A DNA stretch of 41,506 bases from positions 1 through 41,506 of the IMG/VR virus record IMGVR_UViG_3300029866_000016, one strand, 5' to 3'. Made by a program: the position numbers and the translations under genes. The DNA is from a virus. Position 1 is the first letter of the stretch, and the number at the start of each line of letters is the position of its first letter. This document shows positions 34,349-41,506 of this stretch, piece by piece. The notes beneath the pieces were generated by a model. The model was not told where the DNA came from. It did not search any database and saw only the letters and a list, made by a program, of their open reading frames with translations.

Positions 34349-34745
34349 AGAAAACATACCAGCATCAATCAACATCTTGCAACGAGTGATTGACAGGGGC
34401 TCTAATTTTGATATCAATTTTTGGGCCAGCCCCCTGCGGCAGGGGGTTGATGCAAGCGAAGAGTCATACCACGCTTGCGGCATGTCTGCTTGTTGGGGTG
34501 GATGGGTTGGAGTTTCGCCTGAATGGCCAGGGGGCGTTGACTATTCTGGCGGGCCTACTCTAATAAATGGATACGGTGAAAAACTTGTTGGTACCTGTGC
34601 TCTGGCTCATTGGCTAGACGTTGACCTTAAGATGGTCGCAAGTATCGCAGGTTTGGTCGAGGTGGGGGAGTATTACGCTGTTCGCAAGGCTGACATCACC
34701 CCGCAAATGGTAATAACTAAACTAGAGGACTTATTAAATGGATAA
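34341..34745 (+). CDS. Hypothetical protein sharing the H-x-C...C-x-G-G-W module with the pentapeptide protein C-terminus
   Basis: SYHACGMSACWGGWVG compared with WHTCETTHCRAGWVV. Confidence 0.5.
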   Translation: MNRENIPASINILQRVIDRGSNFDINFWASPLRQGVDASEESYHACGMSACWGGWVGVSPEWPGGVDYSGGPTLINGYGEKLVGTCALAHWLDVDLKMVASIAGLVEVGEYYAVRKADITPQMVITKLEDLLNG

Positions 34746-35148
34746 ATATGACGAGTGTGAATTAACAGCTATAGAATACACAAACAGCGGCACGACAGTC
34801 GAATCTTTCGAGGACGAATTTGACGGCGTTAAATTTTACTATGTGTGCAAAATAAATGGAGTGAGTTGTCGAAGCGAAATTAAGTATCTATCGCACAAAG
34901 CGGCTGTAGACGCAGGTCGAGAGTTTATTGACACCCACAAGGTGGTTAGTCCATTTAATAAATGGCTTTACCGACACAATTACGAGGTCAGGAGCGTCGG
35001 TGACAACTTTTATTGGGTCGCGAGATTCTATGGCGAGAATCTAACTTCCGATGCTGTAGATAGTCTCACACTTGCGGACAGTAATGGGCGAGAGTTTCTA
35101 TGCAAAATATATGATTTAGAAAACAACCAAAAAGAGGCAACAAAATGA
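34738..35148 (+). CDS. Hypothetical protein (136 aa)
   Basis: ORF overlapping both neighbours by a few nt. Confidence 0.45.
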   Translation: MDKYDECELTAIEYTNSGTTVESFEDEFDGVKFYYVCKINGVSCRSEIKYLSHKAAVDAGREFIDTHKVVSPFNKWLYRHNYEVRSVGDNFYWVARFYGENLTSDAVDSLTLADSNGREFLCKIYDLENNQKEATK

Positions 35149-35786
35149 AAACTACAGCATTAGGAATTACAGCACTACTATTAGTTATTATTGGATCAAA
35201 CGATGCTGTTGCATCACGATACGGATATCAAAATAACTACAATTATAATAAGAGCAGCTCACGCAGCAATGCGAGCAGTGACTCTCTAAGCACAAGCCGG
35301 GCAACCGGTGGGAATGCTCTCAGCACGGCAAGCGGGTTTGGCGGCAGCTCTGACAATCAGGTAAATATCGGCGGCGACACGACAACTTTTCGTTTCCCCG
35401 TTTCGTCTGCGTTTGCACCCCAGGCGATCAACAATGCAGAGTGCGGGCGTGCTGGGGGCATTGCTGGACAGCTTAGAAATTTCGGTGGCAGCCTTGGGTT
35501 ACCACTCAGCAACAACCTAGATTGTGATGCCGATAATGATGCAAATTGGCTTATAACATTGGGGTACGTGGATGAAGCAATAAAATCAAAATGCCAAAAA
35601 AGATCAATGCGACGCGCACATGGTGGTGATGCTCGCGGCCGGAAATCGCGTGCGGACAATTGTTATAACGAGCTTAAGACACGGCGTGTCGCCCAGGTTG
35701 CACCGACAAACTCCAGCAATGCCTCCGCAGTCTCCGACATCGACGAAAAAATATCCCGTGCTTTTGCGGCATCACAGAAGAAATAG
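35145..35786 (+). CDS. Secreted Ser/Gly/Asn-rich protein (213 aa)
   Basis: Signal MKTTALGITALLLVIIGSNDAVA|S, a low-complexity region, four Cys, and a basic C-terminus. Confidence 0.5.
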   Translation: MKTTALGITALLLVIIGSNDAVASRYGYQNNYNYNKSSSRSNASSDSLSTSRATGGNALSTASGFGGSSDNQVNIGGDTTTFRFPVSSAFAPQAINNAECGRAGGIAGQLRNFGGSLGLPLSNNLDCDADNDANWLITLGYVDEAIKSKCQKRSMRRAHGGDARGRKSRADNCYNELKTRRVAQVAPTNSSNASAVSDIDEKISRAFAASQKK

Positions 35787-35815
35787 ACAATTATCTGACA
35801 TTAGGAGAGAGAATC

Positions 35816-35887
35816 ATGCATAAGATATTATTGGGCATTGTTGCCGTAGCTGTAATTACACTCACATACTATCCCGTGCCCGCGTGA
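35816..35887 (+). CDS. Hydrophobic micropeptide (23 aa)
   Basis: aggagagagaatcATG. Sequence MHKILLGIVAVAVITLTYYPVPA. Its TGA overlaps the GTG start of the VRR-NUC gene (GTGA). Confidence 0.35.
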   Translation: MHKILLGIVAVAVITLTYYPVPA

Positions 35888-36273
35888 GCGAATCGGCAAT
35901 ACAATCAGCGATACGATTAGCAGCTCGCGACAACGGGCAGTTGCTATGGCGCAATAATTCAGGTGCATACTTTGACAAGCGTGGAGTGTTAGTTAGGTAT
36001 GGACTGGGCAATACGAGCAAAGCAATAAATAAAGTATTAAAGTCGAGTGACTTAATTGGAGTCACTCGGGTTAACATCCAACCGCATCACCTGGGACGCA
36101 CTATAGCGGTATTCACCGCACTTGAAATAAAGCAGGACGTTAACAAGATTAAGTCACCCCGAGAACTAGCACAAGCTAACTATATTAATCTTATCGGAGA
36201 CTGCGGAGGCATTGCTGGATTTTGTGACACTATAGAGGATGTGGAAATTTTAATAAGGGAGTTTATACAATGA
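35884..36273 (+). CDS. VRR-NUC domain nuclease
   Basis: WRNNSGA...SSDLIGV...FTALEIKQ...Q...I...GG matches the PD-(D/E)XK VRR-NUC pattern. Confidence 0.7.
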   Translation: MSESAIQSAIRLAARDNGQLLWRNNSGAYFDKRGVLVRYGLGNTSKAINKVLKSSDLIGVTRVNIQPHHLGRTIAVFTALEIKQDVNKIKSPRELAQANYINLIGDCGGIAGFCDTIEDVEILIREFIQ

Positions 36274-36452
36274 CATGTTCAACAATCACTCTCACTGACG
36301 ATCAAATACTGATGCTATTATTGTGGCATGATGTAATATCAAGCCTCGTGCCCGCAAGACTTAATTATCAAGACGACGAGCTGGCGAATATGTTATTTTG
36401 TAGATTGACAGACAAAAAAAAGACTCCCCATAAATTAACACAGGGAGTCTGA
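36270..36452 (+). CDS. Hypothetical protein (60 aa)
   Basis: ORF with an ATGA overlap to the VRR-NUC gene. Confidence 0.4.
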   Translation: MTCSTITLTDDQILMLLLWHDVISSLVPARLNYQDDELANMLFCRLTDKKKTPHKLTQGV

Positions 36453-36526
36453 CACACACACGCTAGGAGAGAGGCCAAACGTTCGGTCACTGTACCCCAG
36501 CCCTTTATTATTTGCAAGGGTTATTT

Positions 36527-38857
36527 ATGTATCCGAAAAAATTACTAGAATATGACCAATTTGTCAACTGGACTTACTTACCTGACAAAAATGGGGAATT
36601 ACAAAAAGTACCTATAGACATTAATACGTTGCTACCTGTTAATGCTCACAACCCAACATATTGGTTGAGTTATGAGAGTGCCACCGCCAACTCAGATAAA
36701 ATAGCATTTGTGTTAGCGGACAGTGATCCTTTTTGGTGTTTAGACATCGATTACTGTATTGATCCAATAACCGGTGCGATTGACGACCGTGTGACAACCT
36801 GGGCACATGAGCGATTTAAGGGCGCGTATGTCGAGCGCTCGACATCAAATACTGGCATACATGTGTGGGGATGTGGTAGTCCCCCGGTCGATCATCGATG
36901 TCGATTTGACAACATTGAATTTTATAGTCGGGCTAGATTTATAGCGTTAGGAAGCTCGATCAGCGGTGATATATGGTTGGACTGGACTGACACACTCAAA
37001 GAGTATGTGCCGAGCAAGCCCGCTGATGAGTTAGGGTTGTCAAGTGAGATTGATGACACGCCCCATCCGGATGCCACACCTCCGGAAACTGACAGTGCTT
37101 TATTAGAGTTATTATTTCGCGAGAATATACTTAACCAGGCGCTTTACGAGGGTAACAGTGTTGTACTTAGTGGACGGTATTTAAAGCAAAAAGATGGTAT
37201 AGGGTGTGGATTTGATCACTCAAGCGCACGCCTTGCGCTGCTCGGCAAGCTGGCATTTTACAGTGGTAACAATCGCGCACGAATGCAACAGTTGTTTATG
37301 CAATCCCCGTTGGTGCAAAAATGGCAACATTGGCCCCAACATTTGCGCACACGCGAACTTAATAAGGCATGTGGTGATGTTGTATATAGTGGCGCGGTCG
37401 AACAGAGCGAAGGCCTGGAGGCTCCACTGGTCGAATCAGGCGATTGGGTCAATAATGAGGTCACAGATCGAGGCGTAATCATGAGCGGTAGAGCGTGGCT
37501 AACTACCGAAATATTCCCTAACCGACTTGCTGAATTTTTTGATGACTTTAGATTGATTACTGAATCGGGTAAAGTGTACGAAGTATCAACCGGTAACATT
37601 TATACCAGGGCTAGCTTTAACGATAGTTTTAATACTAATAGTTTTATTTTTATATTAAGTGTCAACCCTCGTAAAGTAACTGACAAACCGTACGAAGCAT
37701 TTAGTCGCACACCGCTGCCCTCACATAAAGCAATGTATCCTATTCTGCAACCTGGTTCACCGCTGGGTGCGATATCAGTTACCGATAATATTAGTTATTG
37801 CAATGTCTATCATCGACCATCGGCTAAAAAGGGGGATGTGTCTAAATTTTTAGGGTTAGTTGAGACCTTATACCCTGATGACCACAATATACTACTCGAT
37901 TATATGGCCCATGTAGTGCAAAACCCACAAATAAAAATGGGCTGGGTGCCCATCCTGCAAGGCCCAGAAGGGTGCGGCAAGTCAATGATCCTAACCATTT
38001 TTAGAAAGTGTGTGGGGGCTAAATATTCAACACCGATTGGTAACGATCAATTGTCAGGTGACAAAAATGGTTGGTTGGAAAGTATGTTGGTTGGTACCGT
38101 CGATGAATTTAAAATTAATGATCCGAAAGCATTAGCTCAGTTGATGAATTATATCACTGATCCCGAAATACAACTTAGAGCAATGTATCAAGATGCCCGC
38201 CGCATTGACAATTTGATTAATTTTTTGATGGCAACAAATCATAAGGATGCGGTGCGAATAAATATCAACTCACGACGCTGGGCGCATTTTTATGCGAGCG
38301 TGCAAACTTTCGCCGAGATGTTGAATGCGGGTTTGGACTCAAACTACTACATAGCTTTAGCAAAATGGTTGCAAAATGGCGGGTATGCTAATATTAATTA
38401 TTATTTACTCAAGCGTGATGTGTCAGCCGTCAACATAACCCGAGCACCAAAAACCAGTGTTACACGCTTAGCAATTGTGGAATCTTACACATCATTCCAG
38501 CGTGCGGTGGTTGAAGCGGTTGACTGTAACAGGTTAGGATTTACAGAGGGGGTTATAGTAAGTCATGAGTTACGTGCGTTGGTAAATGAGAGCACAGGCA
38601 AACCGGTGTGTCCATATCTCACAACTAAGCCACTGGAGACTTTAGGGTATCAATTGCATCCAGATTTGCATGATGGTCGATCACATAGAAAATTGAAACT
38701 AGAGGGGAGTCTTGGGCTGTCAGCCCCCCGACTATATTTTAAAACTGGTCACCCGTTACTCAACGTAGCAGGCATTACCGAGATATTTTTAGAGATTGAA
38801 AGAATATGGCAGCGTAAATTAAACACATCACCAACACTTGTATATAGCAAAGATTGA
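36527..38857 (+). CDS. Bifunctional primase-polymerase / SF3-type helicase
   Basis: WCLDIDYC (DxD), STSNTGIHVWG, Walker A LQGPEGCGKS, Walker B LVGTVDEF. ATG at 36527 follows aaggg. Confidence 0.8.
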   Translation: MYPKKLLEYDQFVNWTYLPDKNGELQKVPIDINTLLPVNAHNPTYWLSYESATANSDKIAFVLADSDPFWCLDIDYCIDPITGAIDDRVTTWAHERFKGAYVERSTSNTGIHVWGCGSPPVDHRCRFDNIEFYSRARFIALGSSISGDIWLDWTDTLKEYVPSKPADELGLSSEIDDTPHPDATPPETDSALLELLFRENILNQALYEGNSVVLSGRYLKQKDGIGCGFDHSSARLALLGKLAFYSGNNRARMQQLFMQSPLVQKWQHWPQHLRTRELNKACGDVVYSGAVEQSEGLEAPLVESGDWVNNEVTDRGVIMSGRAWLTTEIFPNRLAEFFDDFRLITESGKVYEVSTGNIYTRASFNDSFNTNSFIFILSVNPRKVTDKPYEAFSRTPLPSHKAMYPILQPGSPLGAISVTDNISYCNVYHRPSAKKGDVSKFLGLVETLYPDDHNILLDYMAHVVQNPQIKMGWVPILQGPEGCGKSMILTIFRKCVGAKYSTPIGNDQLSGDKNGWLESMLVGTVDEFKINDPKALAQLMNYITDPEIQLRAMYQDARRIDNLINFLMATNHKDAVRININSRRWAHFYASVQTFAEMLNAGLDSNYYIALAKWLQNGGYANINYYLLKRDVSAVNITRAPKTSVTRLAIVESYTSFQRAVVEAVDCNRLGFTEGVIVSHELRALVNESTGKPVCPYLTTKPLETLGYQLHPDLHDGRSHRKLKLEGSLGLSAPRLYFKTGHPLLNVAGITEIFLEIERIWQRKLNTSPTLVYSKD

Positions 38858-38890
38858 TGGTAATCTGATGACAACTTTAGGATACACAAG

Positions 38891-39094
38891 ATGAATAAAC
38901 TTTTTAAACAACTTGAAGAACGCTGTGGGACAGTCACATCCACTCACAAACTACTAGGGATTTGTGAGTCGGGATACTTTCAGATGCGTAAAGGCACCAC
39001 ACGACTGCCCCGGTATATCATTAACTCAATGAGGGCACACCTTGCATTAAGTGATGATAAATTTTTAAAATTTAAACACACGAAAAGGAACTAA
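38891..39094 (+). CDS. Small putative DNA-binding protein (67 aa)
   Basis: Weak HTH-like STHKLLGICESGYFQMRKG. Confidence 0.35.
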   Translation: MNKLFKQLEERCGTVTSTHKLLGICESGYFQMRKGTTRLPRYIINSMRAHLALSDDKFLKFKHTKRN

Positions 39095-39096
39095 AC

Positions 39097-39681
39097 ATGT
39101 ACAAACTAACAATCAACTTTGACTCAGTCTCACAGCTTAAATGCGTTGCAGATTTTATTGCTAGTCAGCGAGCGACAGAGGTAGCACCGACAGCGACATC
39201 AATAGAGGTGGCGCCGACAGTGGCATCAATAGAGGTGGCGCCGACAGTGGCATCAATAGAGGTGGCGCCGACAGTGGCATCAACCCCGTGGGATGCCCGC
39301 ATACATAGCAGCACTCGGAGCGTCACAAATAGTGGTGAGTGGGTCAAGCGCCGAAATGTTGACAAAGCAGAATATGAGCGAGTGCTTGCTGAGATTAATG
39401 CCCCAGCAGAATATGAGCAAGCACTCGCTGAGGTTGACGACTTCCCCGCCACCCTCACCCCGGTAGAGCCTGTCCAGGCCGAAATTAGGTATGAAAATAT
39501 GCAGGAAGCCCTAGCGCATCTAGCTAATGTAGTGTCTAAAGTTATCGGTGACGGCGCCGTGTTGCCTCAGGATATTATGGGTGAGTATAAACTGTGCGGT
39601 GTGAATAATCTTGATCAGCTTAACAGTGACTTAGAGTTGGTCAATAAAGTGATCGTGCATTTTGAGTCTAAAAGTGCATAA
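39097..39681 (+). CDS. Hypothetical protein with 9-aa tandem repeats and a PWDxRIH motif
   Basis: (EVAPTVASI)x4 followed by PWDARIHSSTRSVTNSGEWVKRR. Confidence 0.5.
   Translation: MYKLTINFDSVSQLKCVADFIASQRATEVAPTATSIEVAPTVASIEVAPTVASIEVAPTVASTPWDARIHSSTRSVTNSGEWVKRRNVDKAEYERVLAEINAPAEYEQALAEVDDFPATLTPVEPVQAEIRYENMQEALAHLANVVSKVIGDGAVLPQDIMGEYKLCGVNNLDQLNSDLELVNKVIVHFESKSA
39178..39285 (+). repeat. 27-nt coding tandem repeat x4
   Basis: gaggtggcgccgacagtggcatcaata units. Copies 2 and 3 are identical. Copy 1 is diverged and copy 4 differs only at its last 2 nt. Confidence 0.85.
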
Positions 39682-39688
39682 ACTACGC

Positions 39689-40741
39689 ATGTCCGGCGCA
39701 CCGCGTTGGTCAAACTGCGCGGCCAGCGCGTCGATGGAATATGACGAGCCCAACACGAGTAATGACGCTGCTCGGGAAGGTACCGCCGCACATTGGGTGC
39801 TGGAAACTGGAGCGAGTGTTGCGGGTGAAAAAGCACCCAATGGTATCATTATTGATGAGGATATGATTATTCACGCTCAAGAGGTGATAGAGCACTTCCG
39901 CACGCTTGAAGGCTGTGAAGAGCTTGAGATGGAGGCTGTGGTGCAAGTAAGCACTCCCGCAGGTCATACTATTACAGGCCGTTGTGACCTGCGAGTGCGG
40001 ACATTCAATCATTTAATTATTGCGGATTATAAATACGGTCGGGGTTTGGTTGATGATTGGTCGCAAACCTTAGGCTATGCGGTAGCCACCCTGGCAGGTG
40101 AGCGATTGCCTAATAACATAGATTTGATGATATTACAACCACGGCCTTGGCATCATGACGGCCCGTATCGAACAAAAACGCTGAGTCGTGCGGAGTTTGA
40201 GACCACTCGTGATCAATTTCTGGACGCCGCCGATGCGACCTACTTACCTGATCCGGAAATGGTTGTGGGTAGATATTGCAAAGAGTGCAAGGCTGGACAT
40301 AAATGTCCAGCCTTGCGCATGTCTAGCCTAGAGGCAATTGATAAATATACTGGTTTATCAATATTACCGGATATGCCAGCTAATGAACTATCGGCAGAGT
40401 ATGATCAAGTTACCAGATTACTAAGTGTAGTTAGTAAACGCAAAGATGTACTATCTGATCAAATTAAACTCAAATTAAACTCAGGTCAGTACGTGCCCAA
40501 TTATCAAACTTTGCCAAAATTTGGCAATCGATTTTGGCAAGACGAAAACCAAGCTAAACTGATGGCGGCGCTGACGGGGGTGGATATTTCAACACAGTCA
40601 ATTTTAACCCCCACGCAAGCGGTCAAAAAAGGGCTGGCTGATGAATTAGTATCGACACTAACCAGTCGAAGTATATCGAGTCATCAACTTGTAAGGGTTG
40701 ATGTGTCTAAAAAAGCAAAAGAGGTCTTTAAAAATGAATGA
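39689..40741 (+). CDS. Cas4-like PD-(D/E)XK exonuclease (DUF2800-type)
   Basis: MSGAPRWSNCAAS..., D...ADYKYG nuclease core and the Cys cluster CKECKAGHKCP. It sits next to the SSB-like gene, as in known DUF2800/DUF2815 modules. Confidence 0.65.
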   Translation: MSGAPRWSNCAASASMEYDEPNTSNDAAREGTAAHWVLETGASVAGEKAPNGIIIDEDMIIHAQEVIEHFRTLEGCEELEMEAVVQVSTPAGHTITGRCDLRVRTFNHLIIADYKYGRGLVDDWSQTLGYAVATLAGERLPNNIDLMILQPRPWHHDGPYRTKTLSRAEFETTRDQFLDAADATYLPDPEMVVGRYCKECKAGHKCPALRMSSLEAIDKYTGLSILPDMPANELSAEYDQVTRLLSVVSKRKDVLSDQIKLKLNSGQYVPNYQTLPKFGNRFWQDENQAKLMAALTGVDISTQSILTPTQAVKKGLADELVSTLTSRSISSHQLVRVDVSKKAKEVFKNE

Positions 40742-41506
40742 AAAATTATATATAATCACACCTGTTGGTCGGATAGTGCAAGGGCATCCAATGGAACCGA
40801 ACACGAAAGGATATAATGGCAATGTGGCGGTTAACAAAAATGGTGAACCTAAAACTAGTTATTTCTTTTCTCTAGCTATTGAAAAAAATAACCCCGATTG
40901 GGTAGCATTTTGGCAGCAGATAACAGATTACGCCGCCAAAGTTTACCCAGGCAATGAGTCGACATTCAGCGGCTTCAAATGGAAATATTTGGATGGTGAC
41001 GCACCCGAACATTTGGGCAAGGACGGATTTGCGACGTGTCATGTACTTAAGTTGTCGCAAGGATTTGTACCCTCCCTTGTTGATAGCGCGGGTAACGGCA
41101 TGAACGGCGATCAGCTAAAACGCGGTGACTTTGTGAGAGCACAGTTAAGTGTCGGCCCAAATCGCGAGGCGTCGCCAAACACTGGCTTATTTTTAAATCC
41201 ATCTATGATACAGCACGTCGCTTTCGGTGCTGCAATTTCAGCAGGGCCGGATGCGGCAGAAGTATTTGGTGCTTCTAAAATAGGTTATGTTCCGCCGGGT
41301 GCAAGTCAGACACCAGCCGCGCCGGCTCAAGGATTGCCTGGCACTCCGGCTCCGGCTCAACAATACGCACCAGCCGCGCCGGCTCAAGGATTGCCTGGCA
41401 CTCCGGCACCGGCTCAACAATACGCACCAGCAGCACCAACTCAAGGGCTGCCCGGCACTCCGGCACCGGCACCGGCTCAACAATACGCACCAGCAGCACC
41501 AACTCA
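40734..41506 (+). CDS. ssDNA-binding-protein-like gene (DUF2815 / gp2.5-like), 5' part. It continues at 1-160.
   Basis: ATG at 40734 overlaps the upstream TGA (ATGAATGA). The frame is open to the window end. Sequence: MNEKLYIITPVGRIVQGHPMEP... followed by a Pro/Ala/Gln repeat linker. Confidence 0.55.
   Translation, partial: MNEKLYIITPVGRIVQGHPMEPNTKGYNGNVAVNKNGEPKTSYFFSLAIEKNNPDWVAFWQQITDYAAKVYPGNESTFSGFKWKYLDGDAPEHLGKDGFATCHVLKLSQGFVPSLVDSAGNGMNGDQLKRGDFVRAQLSVGPNREASPNTGLFLNPSMIQHVAFGAAISAGPDAAEVFGASKIGYVPPGASQTPAAPAQGLPGTPAPAQQYAPAAPAQGLPGTPAPAQQYAPAAPTQGLPGTPAPAPAQQYAPAAPT
41313..41506 (+). repeat. 57/63-nt coding tandem repeat (PAAPAQGLPGTPAPAQQYA), continuing at 1-105
   Basis: Units at 41313-41369, 41370-41426 and 41427-41489, plus a partial unit. 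41429-41506 is identical to 1-78. Confidence 0.9.

Noticed and set aside
1-41506. Lysogeny module, diversity-generating retroelement, or a known multi-gene defence system
   Set aside because: I recognise no integrase, recombinase, CI-like repressor, reverse transcriptase with template/variable repeat pair, or Cas, restriction or other signature motifs in any ORF. The small Cro-like proteins alone do not establish temperate behaviour.

Overview
The window appears to be a complete, circularly closed genome of about 41.4 kb from a tailed dsDNA phage with a contractile tail. The last 78 nt are identical to the first 78 nt, and one gene is split by the window ends. Two divergent arms leave a repeat-rich 0.75-kb control region at 29.8-30.55 kb. 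(1) The minus-strand late arm runs from 29.8 kb down to 2.1 kb. It carries terS, terL, portal, MuF-like, scaffold/protease, major capsid, neck proteins, sheath, tube, a G/GT tail chaperone with a -1 frameshift, tape measure, baseplate, beta-helix/fiber proteins and a lysis cassette, mostly joined by ATGA/TAATG overlaps. (2) The plus-strand early/replication arm runs from 30.55 kb through the junction to 2.1 kb. It carries an SF2 helicase, a truncated beta-clamp-like protein, a pentapeptide-repeat protein, several small unknowns, VRR-NUC, a primase-helicase, a Cas4-like (DUF2800-type) exonuclease, an SSB-like gene crossing the junction and a compact family-B polymerase. I saw no integrase or lysogeny module, tRNA, CRISPR array or reverse transcriptase. 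The most unusual content is: (a) a Crp/Fnr-type regulator and a Sec-signal CBM6-like lectin translationally coupled inside the tail/baseplate operon, next to two beta-helix proteins; (b) a 35-repeat Asp-rich pentapeptide-repeat protein (candidate DNA mimic) with signs of recent repeat expansion, inside an early island of unknown genes; (c) two AT-rich, Cro-like-led cassettes encoded antisense within the late operon; (d) a control region with two iteron families and a long perfect inverted repeat. All functional calls come from motif recognition by eye. No database search was possible.
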